64,000 nucleotides of DNA, taken from the NCBI GenBank assembly GCA_965267575.1, contig OZ254086.1, positions 1,568,001 through 1,632,000 of the forward strand, in the 5' to 3' direction. A model generated the notes under the pieces. The model saw only the letters and a program-made list of their open reading frames with translations, was not told the DNA's origin and made no database searches. The stretch is from Calditrichales bacterium (GTDB lineage: Bacteria > Calditrichota > Calditrichia > Calditrichales > J004). Of the stretch, positions 36,797-46,569 are shown in pieces. How positions within the stretch are numbered: position 1 is the first letter of the stretch; the number at the start of each line of letters is the position of its first letter. A program made the translations under genes and the position numbers.

Positions 36797-38239
36797 TTAC
36801 ATCTCCGCCAAACCAATAATAAGCTTTTTGTGAATGTTATTGATGGCGCTGGTTGAGCCGTTAAAATTATTGGCAATAAAGCTGAAAGCGATCAGCCTGC
36901 CCTTGCTGTCTTTCACATAACCGGAGTGGCTGCGCACACGGTTGATTAATCCCGACTTGACGCGGGCGTTATTGGCCATGGCTGTACCGCCGCCCCAATT
37001 GCTGAAAAAGCCTTCATCATCGGGATCGCCGGCTACGGCCAGGCTGTTGTAAAAGGCTTCAAATTCCGGGTGGTTTTTCATGATGCGTAAGGCCTGGACC
37101 ATATGCCGCGGCGTAACGCTGTTGGCCGGGGAAAGCCCGCAGCCGTCATAAATATGCAGCCCGTCTGTGCTTAAACCGTGTTTTTCAAAAAACCCTTCAA
37201 TGGCATTTTCCGCGCCATTCAACCCGCGCTCACCGAAAGCCTGTAAGCCCGCCATACGGCCAATAGCTTCGGCGTAAAGGTTAAAGCTGCGCTTGTTAAC
37301 TATAAAAACGATTTCTGCCAGGGTTGGGGAAAGCGTTTCGTGTAAAACGTTTTCCGGTTTGTAGTCAAATGCCTCACGGCCACTATGGGCAATTCCTTTT
37401 ACGGGGATGCCATTTTTGTTCAAATAATCCTGCACATGCTGGGCGGTAAAAAGCGCGGGATCGGGAATGGAGCCTTTTATGGAAAATTCGTTAACGCCGG
37501 CGGGGATGGTGCCACGCAATGTGGCGGCAAAGCTGCCCGGGCCGTTGTAGATGTAGCCGTTGTCGCCGGAGCCGACTGCGCCGGTTTTCATGTAGTTGAT
37601 AAAAGTGAGTCCGGGGATGTTTGGCTCGGTCCGCAGAACATCCGCGGCGCTTCCGATGCGCGAACCGGGCTTAAAAAAAAGATTGTATAGATTGTCGTTA
37701 ATGTTGAGCGCGCCCGCACCTGCACCATAATAATTGCCCAGGTCGATCCAGTACCAGTTGGGCTGTGTACTTTGTTCATCGTACAGCGCTTCGTAGCCAA
37801 CAATATCTCCACTGATAGTTTTAATTCCCTTTGCAGTGAGTACATCACGCCAGTTTTGCATCAGTTCATCAAGTGCAGTATTTCCTTCGATACGATAGCT
37901 GGCCAGGGCCGGGTCTCCGCCACCGATGATCAGCAGGTTGCCCTGCAGTGTGCCGTCTTTGATTTGGCCATCAGCGTACAGCGTGGTTTTGAAGCGGAAA
38001 TCAGAACCAAGGATATCCAGGGCCGCTGCGGAGGTCAGCAGCTTTAGCCCGGATGCCGGTGTAAGACTGAATTGCCCGTTGTGGTCGATTATGGTCTCAC
38101 CGCTTTCCACATATTCGGCGTAAAGGCCCCACTGGGCATGTCGTAAAAAGTCGCTGTTATTCCAGCTGTGGATTTGGTCTTGAGACGGCTGGGCCAGCAG
38201 GGCCGAACTTAATGCGATCAAAAAAAATATACGAGTCAT
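36797..38239 (-). CDS. dacB: D-Ala-D-Ala carboxypeptidase/endopeptidase PBP4 (S13)
   Basis: PASGLK (SxxK), GGGDP, SFN (SxN), DGCGLS, KSG motif. Confidence 0.92.
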   Translation of the reverse strand: MTRIFFLIALSSALLAQPSQDQIHSWNNSDFLRHAQWGLYAEYVESGETIIDHNGQFSLTPASGLKLLTSAAALDILGSDFRFKTTLYADGQIKDGTLQGNLLIIGGGDPALASYRIEGNTALDELMQNWRDVLTAKGIKTISGDIVGYEALYDEQSTQPNWYWIDLGNYYGAGAGALNINDNLYNLFFKPGSRIGSAADVLRTEPNIPGLTFINYMKTGAVGSGDNGYIYNGPGSFAATLRGTIPAGVNEFSIKGSIPDPALFTAQHVQDYLNKNGIPVKGIAHSGREAFDYKPENVLHETLSPTLAEIVFIVNKRSFNLYAEAIGRMAGLQAFGERGLNGAENAIEGFFEKHGLSTDGLHIYDGCGLSPANSVTPRHMVQALRIMKNHPEFEAFYNSLAVAGDPDDEGFFSNWGGGTAMANNARVKSGLINRVRSHSGYVKDSKGRLIAFSFIANNFNGSTSAINNIHKKLIIGLAEM

Positions 38240-38379
38240 GGCAGGCCTCGTGTTAAAATGTGCAGGTGATGGGCTGTATCAATGGCTGAATCGTTAAATG
38301 GCGGCTAAATGTTTCAAAGCGCACCCATTCAATATTTACAAATAGCCACCAACCCTATATTATGCAAACGGGTGAAAAT

Positions 38380-38411
38380 AAAAAAGCCCTCGCAAGCGGC
38401 AAGGGCTTTTT
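38380..38411 (-). terminator. Intrinsic terminator of the beta-helix gene
   Basis: AAAAAAGCCCT-loop-AGGGCTTTTT. Confidence 0.85.
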
Positions 38412-38453
38412 CGTCTGCAGGGGCAGACCTTCGGGTTTGGGGGAGCCCGATAC

Positions 38454-40094
38454 TTATTTCAATAAAACCATCTGTTTTGTAATGCTTCTTCCGTCAACGG
38501 TTAAGCGATAATAATAAATACCGCTGGCGATACCGTGACCTGTGTCATGCGCGTTCCAGCGAACATCATAGCTACCGGGCTGAAGCCGCACATCCACGAG
38601 GGTGGTTACGCGCTTTCCGACTATATCGAATATTTCCAATGTAACATGAGCCGGCCGGGTGATAGAATATTCAATCGTTGTTGCGGGGTTAAACGGGTTC
38701 GGATAGTTCGCTTCCAGCCGGAAAGATTCAGGCCCAATATGCGCATTTGAAAGGCTTGTTGCAACCCCTTCGTACTCAAACGCTCCCAAATCTATCCGCC
38801 CGCCCGGATAGTCGTCGCCATAAACAGGAGCCCCGGCGTCTATAGCCGGGCTGCCTTCCTGCAGCTTATAATTATGCGCGGCCTCATCTACAAACATGGG
38901 GTCATTGCCGGTTACGTCGTTACTGCCTGCGATGATTTCGGACGACTGAAACCAACCGTTGTAGTCGATTTCAACGATGCCGGAAAAATCGCCTGTATCG
39001 CCTTTGAAATCATTCGTGTTATAAAAGATGTTATTCATCATCGTAATGTTGGTGGCGCCACGGCTGGCAATCCAGAACAGCGGACCAGGTATGTTCACGA
39101 ATGTATTGTTACTGACTTCAATATCGATCACGCCGTCAAACTGGATACCGTAGCCGTACTTGGAGGGATCGCCGTCCAGGAAAATATTGTGGATCGTATT
39201 GTAGCGGAAAACGATATTTTCGCATTCGTCGCCGCTGATACGGAAGCCGCCGTTGCTGTCATAAAACTCATTTTCCTCGATGATCATATTGTCCGAATCT
39301 TTGTTCACCTTCAGCGCTACGCCATCACTGTCCGGCGCGTCACGGAAGCCCCACATCTTATTGCCGCGGATTATGCAGCCCTGCGTACCCTTCAGGTCAA
39401 TAGCGTTTTCACTGCCGGAACCCAGCGTGGTATAAAGCAGATTGTTTTCGATCAGGGTATTTACGTTGACGTTTTCCTTGTAAAGCTGGATACAATCGCC
39501 TTTGCAATCATAGATTGTATTGTTGCGAATGACGTTTCCGTCGCCGCCGTCCAAAATTATGCCATGGGCGTCATACTCATCGTTGCGCGTAAAATTGTAA
39601 ATGGTGCAGTTTTCAATGAGGTTGTTGTCGGCGTTGGAGATATCGATGCCGTCCCTTTGGCCGTTACGGATGGTAAGGTTTCTGAAAATGTTGTTATCGC
39701 CGTAAAGGCGAATGGCGTCATCGGTCAGGCCATCCATGTCAATTGTGAAATTTTGGAAAACCAGCCACTTGCTGTAAACGGAAATGCGGTCCTCCGGCGT
39801 TACCTGAACCTGTTCTCCCGGGTAAGCCATAATCACGATGGGCGCTCCGGACTGACCGTTAAAGTCATCCCGGAAACTGGGAGATTCAAAATAGACGCGC
39901 GCCTGGTTTTGGTCGCCGCGGATAAACAACGTGTCACCGGCGGACAAAGCGGAAAGCCCGTCGGCAATGCTGTCAAACGGATCATTAATGCTGCCGTTAC
40001 CGCCGGAAGCATTATTGTCCACATAGTAATTTTCTGCCATCAACGGCGAAAACGTCAGTAAAAATATAAAGGTTAGTATAAAAAGCCTGTACAT
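38454..40094 (-). CDS. Secreted right-handed parallel beta-helix protein (polysaccharide lyase-like) with FlgD-Ig/T9SS-type C-terminal domain
   Basis: Signal peptide, YYVD...G.GS..DPF, Asn-ladder repeats (IENCTIYN, IRNNTIYD), DPMFVD...GSPAIDAG...DLGAFE, NYPNPFNP...GIYYYRL...MVLLK. Confidence 0.82.
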   Translation of the reverse strand: MYRLFILTFIFLLTFSPLMAENYYVDNNASGGNGSINDPFDSIADGLSALSAGDTLFIRGDQNQARVYFESPSFRDDFNGQSGAPIVIMAYPGEQVQVTPEDRISVYSKWLVFQNFTIDMDGLTDDAIRLYGDNNIFRNLTIRNGQRDGIDISNADNNLIENCTIYNFTRNDEYDAHGIILDGGDGNVIRNNTIYDCKGDCIQLYKENVNVNTLIENNLLYTTLGSGSENAIDLKGTQGCIIRGNKMWGFRDAPDSDGVALKVNKDSDNMIIEENEFYDSNGGFRISGDECENIVFRYNTIHNIFLDGDPSKYGYGIQFDGVIDIEVSNNTFVNIPGPLFWIASRGATNITMMNNIFYNTNDFKGDTGDFSGIVEIDYNGWFQSSEIIAGSNDVTGNDPMFVDEAAHNYKLQEGSPAIDAGAPVYGDDYPGGRIDLGAFEYEGVATSLSNAHIGPESFRLEANYPNPFNPATTIEYSITRPAHVTLEIFDIVGKRVTTLVDVRLQPGSYDVRWNAHDTGHGIASGIYYYRLTVDGRSITKQMVLLK

Positions 40095-40182
40095 CCCGGC
40101 ACTCCTTTGTGCAATTATTTTACTTTATCATTCGCCACGGCACGATATTAAGCCGTTTTGCGGCGATTGTCGTGATAAAAAC

Positions 40183-40198
40183 ACAAAATGCGTGCCAA
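40183..40198 (-). promoter_or_regulatory. Possible sigma54 promoter
   Basis: TTGGCACG-CATT-TTGT, with one mismatch to the -12 TTGC. Confidence 0.35.
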
Positions 40199-40209
40199 TA
40201 AAAAACGCG

Positions 40210-41355
40210 CTAATCCAGCGGGTTTATAAAGATACCGCGTTTTTCAATCTCGCTGATAAAGCGAAAACCGGGGATGGCCTTTTCCTGGCGTAATACGCCC
40301 CGTTCACTGATGACACCGTTAAGGATAAGCTGCATCACCACGGCAGCCGGAAAAGCCGTTGTGCGCATCATGGCGGTGAGGCCAAGCTCTTTATCGCCGT
40401 ATTCGATTGCCTGGTAGGCGATGGTCGCCTCCTTGCCTTCCTTTTGCCCTTTGGCCGATACGCGGATCAGGACTACATCATCCGAGGGATAATCGAGCAG
40501 GCTGCCCAGCATGGCCTCGAAGACGGCTCGCGTATTATACTCTTTGTCCTCATAACTGAAGCGCTTTTCCTTGTCGGTAAATCCCAGATCAATCATTGAC
40601 TTCATCAATGAACAATGGCCGGGATAGCGGATGGTTTTGTAATCGAGATTGGTGACCTGCCCTTCGAAGGTGAGCGGCAGGGTTGATGTTCCACCGGAGG
40701 TGTAAAAGGCTTCCAGGTTGCCAAACGGGCTGGGAAAATCCAGCGTCTCCAGTCCTGTCATCGACGGCCTTTTGGTAATCCTCCCGTCTTCCAGAATCAC
40801 CGCCTGCTCGATGTACTCGTTAATCAGGCCATGCGGCGAAAACACCAGTTTGTATTTAAGCGGCGTTTTCGGCTCAACAGGCAGGCCGCCAACACGAATT
40901 TTTACATCGTCCACGCGGGCAAGCTGATCCATGGCGTAGGCCGCGAGCACGGAGGCCATGCCCGGCGCCAGACCGCAGTCCGGGATAACAGTAACGCCGG
41001 CCTTTTTGGCTTCATCATGCAAGCGGAATTGTCGTTCTACGACGGTATTGTTGCCGCCCAGATCTACAAAATGGCAGCCATTTTCAACAGCGAGCTTTGT
41101 AAGCTGTGGGTTATAATCGTAAGGGACGGCGCTGATGACGCCATCGGCTTTTTCGAACAGCGGTTTTAGCTGAAAGATATTGTCCGCTTCCGCCTCTTTT
41201 ACGGTTAGGCGATCGGAGTTAAATTTATTTTGTATTTCTTTTAGCGCGGCCGGATTTTTGTCAGCTATTATTATTTGGGATTTCTTTTCGTTTTTAAGGA
41301 AATCACTAACCAGCCCGTGCGACATGCGTCCGGCGCCCAGAATTAATACTTTCAT
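40210..41355 (-). CDS. Saccharopine dehydrogenase / lysine 6-dehydrogenase family protein
   Basis: ILGAGRM, AVPY, VDLGG, DCGLAPG, VGGLP, KTIRYPGH, AMMRTTAFP. Confidence 0.88.
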   Translation of the reverse strand: MKVLILGAGRMSHGLVSDFLKNEKKSQIIIADKNPAALKEIQNKFNSDRLTVKEAEADNIFQLKPLFEKADGVISAVPYDYNPQLTKLAVENGCHFVDLGGNNTVVERQFRLHDEAKKAGVTVIPDCGLAPGMASVLAAYAMDQLARVDDVKIRVGGLPVEPKTPLKYKLVFSPHGLINEYIEQAVILEDGRITKRPSMTGLETLDFPSPFGNLEAFYTSGGTSTLPLTFEGQVTNLDYKTIRYPGHCSLMKSMIDLGFTDKEKRFSYEDKEYNTRAVFEAMLGSLLDYPSDDVVLIRVSAKGQKEGKEATIAYQAIEYGDKELGLTAMMRTTAFPAAVVMQLILNGVISERGVLRQEKAIPGFRFISEIEKRGIFINPLD

Positions 41356-41437
41356 TTTGTCCCCCTTTTTATCAGGAAATATCAAGATTGATTGTCAGTT
41401 GTAATCTACTTGAACAAAACAAAAATACGGTGAAGAA

Positions 41438-42757
41438 ATGACAAGTCATAACTTACATAAAGTGGTGATCGTTGGCGCGGGTTTTGGCGGTTTGTATGCT
41501 GCCCGTAAGCTTTCCAACAAAAAAGTGCAGGTAACGGTCATCGATAAGCGTAATTTCCACCTTTTTCAGCCTCTGCTGTACCAAGTGGCCACAGGCGGTT
41601 TATCGCCCGGTGATATTGCCTCGCCCATCCGCGCGATATTTAAGGATGCGCCCAACGTGCGTGTTATAAAAGCGGCGCTGGAGAAGATTTTACCCGAGGA
41701 AAAAACCGTGATTGCCGGAGGCAAAGAGGTACCGTTTGACACGCTGGTCATTGCGACAGGTGTGAGCCACCACTATTTCGGTAACGATCATTGGGAAAAA
41801 GACGCTCCCGGCCTGAAGACGGTGGAAGACGCGCTCACCATCCGCCAGCGTATTTTGAGCGCCTTTGAAAATGCCGAATTAGAGGAAGACCCGGAGAAGC
41901 GCAAAGCCTGGTTGCGGTTTGTGATCGTTGGCGGCGGCCCTACAGGCGTGGAACTGGCAGGCGCCCTCAGCGAACTGGCGCATTCTACCATGGTGCGCGA
42001 TTTCCGCAATTTCAGCCCCGGCGACACGGAAATTTATCTGGCGGAGGGCACGGGGCGCGTTTTGCCGCCTTTTCCAGAGAAGCTTTCCGAAAGGGCAAAA
42101 CGGTCGCTGGAAAAGCTGCGCGTGAAAGTGCTGACCGAAAGCATGGTAACGGGAATTGATGAAGACCGGGTTTATTTAAAAAACGGCGAACGCGAAGATA
42201 TACTGCAAGCCAGGACGATATTATGGGCGGCAGGCGTCAAGGCCGGTCCGGTAAGCGACATTGTCTACCATGCCACCAAGGCGGAGAGCGACAGGGCCGG
42301 GCGCATAAAAGTTAAAGATGATCTTACGATTGATGGATTCCCCGATGTCATGGTAATAGGCGACCTGGCACATTTTGAGACACCGCAAGGGCCTTTGCCG
42401 GGTGTGGCACCCGTGGCTATGCAGCAGGGGAAATACGCCGCGGAGAAGGTGGTTGCTCAAGTTAGCGGCAAGGCAACCAAACCTTTTGAGTTTTGGAACA
42501 AAGGCAATCTGGCTGTTATCGGACGAAAAGCCGCTGTTGCCGACGTGAACGGCCTGAAGTTTTCGGGATGGTTCGCCTGGCTGATCTGGATTTTTGTCCA
42601 TATCGCATATTTGATTGAATTTGATAATAAAATTAAAGTACTTTTCCAGTGGGGCTGGAATTTCTTAACCCGCAAAAGGGGTGCGCGTTTGATAACGCAA
42701 ATAGAATCCGGCTGGCAAAAAGTTAAGGGTCACGAGGAATTACAAACACATGCCTGA
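41438..42757 (+). CDS. ndh: Type II NADH:quinone oxidoreductase
   Basis: GAGFGG, FQPLLYQVATG, GGGPTGVELAG, WAAGV, VAPVAMQQG. Confidence 0.92.
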   Translation: MTSHNLHKVVIVGAGFGGLYAARKLSNKKVQVTVIDKRNFHLFQPLLYQVATGGLSPGDIASPIRAIFKDAPNVRVIKAALEKILPEEKTVIAGGKEVPFDTLVIATGVSHHYFGNDHWEKDAPGLKTVEDALTIRQRILSAFENAELEEDPEKRKAWLRFVIVGGGPTGVELAGALSELAHSTMVRDFRNFSPGDTEIYLAEGTGRVLPPFPEKLSERAKRSLEKLRVKVLTESMVTGIDEDRVYLKNGEREDILQARTILWAAGVKAGPVSDIVYHATKAESDRAGRIKVKDDLTIDGFPDVMVIGDLAHFETPQGPLPGVAPVAMQQGKYAAEKVVAQVSGKATKPFEFWNKGNLAVIGRKAAVADVNGLKFSGWFAWLIWIFVHIAYLIEFDNKIKVLFQWGWNFLTRKRGARLITQIESGWQKVKGHEELQTHA

Positions 42758-43826
42758 CATATCCGCACTGGACAGAGAAAAAATCTTACTATTGACACGC
42801 GATAACGCCTTTTTTGGACAAACCCGCAAACCATGGGTAAGCATGGATGTGGAGCTTCTGACGAGAGAAATCGAGAACAGGGGCTACAAAGTTGAAAGAC
42901 GTACATTTAGTGACGTTGTCAATGATCCGGAGGTGGTAACAAACCAGATTGTATTTTATTCTTTTAGCCACAAACTGAATGTGCGCGAATATATTTATGA
43001 TACGATTCGCCTGTTGGACAACGGTACCAACCTGATCGTTCCCAACAAGGATTTTCTCTACTGCCACGAAAACAAAGGCTACCAGGAGATTTATAAAAAG
43101 AAGCTTGGCGTGAAAAGCCTGAATGCTTTCTATTTCAGCAGCCGCCGGGAGATCGAAGACCGGGAGTTCGATTTTCCGCTGGTGTTTAAAACGGTGGATG
43201 GCTCCAATGCTACGGGCGTAAAACTGGTACATAGCAAGGAAGAATTGCTTCAAACCGTAAAGGAATTTGAATATCTGCCCGTTGTTGAAAAACTGGATCT
43301 TTTCAGGCGAAAGTATTTACGCAAAAAGAAATCTTACACGGAATACCCTAACTACTCAAACCGCCGCGATTACTATCAATACAGCGATTACATTCTTCGC
43401 GAAAAGCGCTTTATTCTGCAGCAGTTTGTGCCCAACCTGGGTTTTGATATCCGCGTTCTGGTAATGTATGACCGCTATTACATCATGAAGCGCAATGTAA
43501 AGAAAGGCGATTTCCGGGCCAGCGGGGCCAAGCTGTTCGATATGAAATATGAGCCGGACCGCGAACTCCTGGAATGGAGCCGTTCACTTTACAATAAATT
43601 TGATACGCCCTATTTCTCAATCGATGTCGGGCAGGCCGATGGAGAATACTACCTGTTTGAATACCAGGCGCTGCACATGGGCATGAACCCCATCGTTAAG
43701 TACAAGGGCTTTTACATGGATGGCCCTCAGGGCTGGCACTACGTAGAACACAAGCCGGTCATCGAAGAGGCATTTGCGCACGGCCTTACCCGCTACCTCG
43801 ATGACAGGCTTGGAAATAAGTCTTAG
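42750..43826 (+). CDS. RimK-like ATP-grasp protein
   Basis: HENKGYQ, FPLVFKTVDGSNATGVKL, ILQQFVP, DIRV, DFRASG, FE near the end. Confidence 0.75.
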   Translation: MPDISALDREKILLLTRDNAFFGQTRKPWVSMDVELLTREIENRGYKVERRTFSDVVNDPEVVTNQIVFYSFSHKLNVREYIYDTIRLLDNGTNLIVPNKDFLYCHENKGYQEIYKKKLGVKSLNAFYFSSRREIEDREFDFPLVFKTVDGSNATGVKLVHSKEELLQTVKEFEYLPVVEKLDLFRRKYLRKKKSYTEYPNYSNRRDYYQYSDYILREKRFILQQFVPNLGFDIRVLVMYDRYYIMKRNVKKGDFRASGAKLFDMKYEPDRELLEWSRSLYNKFDTPYFSIDVGQADGEYYLFEYQALHMGMNPIVKYKGFYMDGPQGWHYVEHKPVIEEAFAHGLTRYLDDRLGNKS

Positions 43827-43855
43827 TCCCGGCTGACCCTGCCCGTTCAATTCCT

Positions 43856-46513
43856 CTACAGACTGAGCCAGTAGGTCGCTTTCAGCAGAAAAATGTTGTC
43901 CGGCTGGCCCGGCACAATCTTGTTGCGCAGCGAGCGATAGGTAAACGGACCGCTTTCACTGTGCTGGTCATACAAGAAACGGCTTTGCGTCCACACGAGA
44001 TAGAGAGTTGATCCTGGCCGGTACTCCCAGCGCAAGACAGCGTTGCCGCGCAACGAGCGGATCAGAAAATCGGGGTTTGAGAACGTGATCGCTTCTGCCG
44101 GTCCGTTGCCGTCATTGTCAACGATGTAATCTCCATCTTCACGCTTAAGCGTTGTTCCATCTTTTCCGTATTCGCGAAAATCATAACTGTTGCTTTGAGC
44201 CAGATATTTGAAAGTCTGATAATCGCCGGCAGAAACCAGCGGCTGCATATACATCTGGAAGCTCAGTTCAGGCGTGAAAGTAATATTTGCCCTCACGCCT
44301 GCGGAAAAGGTGTGTTGTTTCATCTCCGCGAAAATATAGCGTTTGCCAAACGTGCTTTGCGCCTGCGGATCGTCAAAGGCTCCCACCCACTGCACGTCAG
44401 GGTAGTTCCAGGAGTATTCCGGGCTGAATGTGAGGCGGATATTTTCTGCCGCTTTCCATTCGTAGCTATTCCAGAAATTATAATCACGGGAGCCGCTTGA
44501 GGAGATGTATGTAAACCCTCCCATGCCCACTACAAAATCATTGCGATCGTCGGATTGGGCATAGCTAAAAAATTCGACGCCCGGTTTGTTTATGGTCAAC
44601 GGACCGCCCCGTGTGCGCCGGTTATTTGTAGTTTGCGGATTGACAGCGCCGCCGAATTCAAATGAGTAGTAGTTATTCATTGTAAAACTAAAATTATACC
44701 AGACACCGCCCCAGGTCATGTTGCCGTCAAAATCGGACGTGCCAAAAAGAGATCCCAAAAGCTGTTTGCGTCTGAAATATTTGCCCGGTTCCGTCCAGCG
44801 GTAGCCGCCTGCGAAGTGACCGTTGATCATATTGGTGTTCCATAAAAATCCCAGGTCGTTAACTTCAAAACGCGGTTCTATTACGCCAATCGCGCTGTTC
44901 AGCAACCAGTTGCCTTTCTGCCGGTTCAGCGCAATACGCCCGGCATAGCCCGTCATGCTTTGTGCGTTGCTGTCCACCGAAGCATAGTCAAAATCCGGCC
45001 TTTGAAAATAATGCCTTGAGCTTTGCTGCAAATCCGTAATGCGCTCCTTATTGCCTGTAACATGGGACATACCTGTCCAGCCACTCAGAACCCAGGTTTT
45101 GGAGCTGTCCAGAAATACCCAGCCGTCAACGCCAAAAGCAAAAGCAGAGTTGTTCAGTTCGCTTTCAAGCTGTGGGCGGTCAAAGCTGCGCGTGGTGAGG
45201 GTTGAAATAAATCCAAGACCCTGACGGCCCTGGTTAAATTCCTTTTGCGCCCGCGCGATTCCATAATAGCTAAGCGGCTCCACTTCGCTACTCCCCGAGC
45301 TGCCATCGTCAAAGTGCAAATCCGCCCGCTCCCGTGAGGTGACGGCATGAATGGTGCCCACATTGAAATTGTTGCCTACTTTTCCGGTCACCTTTGCAGC
45401 GCCCAGAATTTTAGTTCCGTCGGGTACGTCACTCCACTGTGCATCGGGCAGGCTGCCCTGCGGTGCGCGGCCAATCCGCCGGCTGTAGAAAAAGCTGGGG
45501 TTGGACCAGTTGAATCCCCAGTTGCTGGTAGACCCGCCGTAGCCAAAGCTGAAAATAGAAGAGCCTTCAATAAAGAAAGGCCGCTTTTCCTGAAAGAACG
45601 ATTCGACATCGCTCAGGTTAACCACTGCCGGATCCACCTCCACTTGCCCGAAATCAGGATTAATGGTTGCATCGAGGGTCAGGTTTGGGGTAATGCCGTA
45701 TTTGATATCTGCGCCGAAGCCTGGCAGAAATTCGCCGTTCTGATTAAAAGGATCGTTTGACGGTCTTTGCAGGTACTCAAGTTTGCTACGGAAATAAGGG
45801 AGAATTTCCAAATTACGTGCGGCTTTAATATCTCTTAGTCCTCTCAGGTCTACGAAACGCGAAACGAAGCCGCTTTCATTGCGCGGTTTATACACAAGGT
45901 AGTCTTTTTCATTGTTACGGCTTATTTCCCGTAAAAAATTGATTCCCCATACATGCTCATCCTGAGCTTTAAAGCGCAATTGTGAAAAGGGTATACGCAT
46001 TTCGGCTATCCAGCCTTTAGGATGCAGTTGGGCCTTTCCTTCCCAAACCCCGTCCCAGGAATCATCCTCCCAGTCATCGTTGTAGAGTACGCCGTCGTAG
46101 TAGGTTCCGGCGGCACTCAGGCCGAAATAGAATCCGCTGCGCTTGTCATGATATGGATCGATATAGACACCAAACAGGTCGGAATTGAGATATTCATCGC
46201 GGCGGCTAAGCCGGGCAACGATCGAATCCGGCGCAGTGTCGTGCATGAACGCTGCGACATAGAGGTTTTCATCATCGTAGGCAAGAAATACTTCGGTCTT
46301 TTGTGTGGCTCGTTCACCTTCATTGGGGTCGCGTTGCAGAAAGTGGGTAATTGCTCTATTTTTCTTCCAGACAGCTTCATCCAGGATGCCGTCAATAACG
46401 ATAGGTATATCCGTTCGATTTGCATGCAGCACCTGCGGTCTGCTCTCGTCATTTTCTGATGCGCAAATCAGGACGGCAGAGATACATAAAATTGAAATAA
46501 CATTTCGAAGCAT
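43856..46513 (-). CDS. CBM9-like + DUF5916 outer-membrane protein
   Basis: IDGILDE..W, QRDPNEG, AYDDENLY, EMRIPFSQLRF, NPDFGQVEVD, EKRPFF, LRWEYRPGS; SD GGGGGAG before ATG 46513. Confidence 0.85.
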   Translation of the reverse strand: MLRNVISILCISAVLICASENDESRPQVLHANRTDIPIVIDGILDEAVWKKNRAITHFLQRDPNEGERATQKTEVFLAYDDENLYVAAFMHDTAPDSIVARLSRRDEYLNSDLFGVYIDPYHDKRSGFYFGLSAAGTYYDGVLYNDDWEDDSWDGVWEGKAQLHPKGWIAEMRIPFSQLRFKAQDEHVWGINFLREISRNNEKDYLVYKPRNESGFVSRFVDLRGLRDIKAARNLEILPYFRSKLEYLQRPSNDPFNQNGEFLPGFGADIKYGITPNLTLDATINPDFGQVEVDPAVVNLSDVESFFQEKRPFFIEGSSIFSFGYGGSTSNWGFNWSNPSFFYSRRIGRAPQGSLPDAQWSDVPDGTKILGAAKVTGKVGNNFNVGTIHAVTSRERADLHFDDGSSGSSEVEPLSYYGIARAQKEFNQGRQGLGFISTLTTRSFDRPQLESELNNSAFAFGVDGWVFLDSSKTWVLSGWTGMSHVTGNKERITDLQQSSRHYFQRPDFDYASVDSNAQSMTGYAGRIALNRQKGNWLLNSAIGVIEPRFEVNDLGFLWNTNMINGHFAGGYRWTEPGKYFRRKQLLGSLFGTSDFDGNMTWGGVWYNFSFTMNNYYSFEFGGAVNPQTTNNRRTRGGPLTINKPGVEFFSYAQSDDRNDFVVGMGGFTYISSSGSRDYNFWNSYEWKAAENIRLTFSPEYSWNYPDVQWVGAFDDPQAQSTFGKRYIFAEMKQHTFSAGVRANITFTPELSFQMYMQPLVSAGDYQTFKYLAQSNSYDFREYGKDGTTLKREDGDYIVDNDGNGPAEAITFSNPDFLIRSLRGNAVLRWEYRPGSTLYLVWTQSRFLYDQHSESGPFTYRSLRNKIVPGQPDNIFLLKATYWLSL

Positions 46514-46569
46514 AACTCCCCCTGAGTTTTTGCCGGACAAAACTGTTTTCCCTTAAAGACGTAAGGAGG

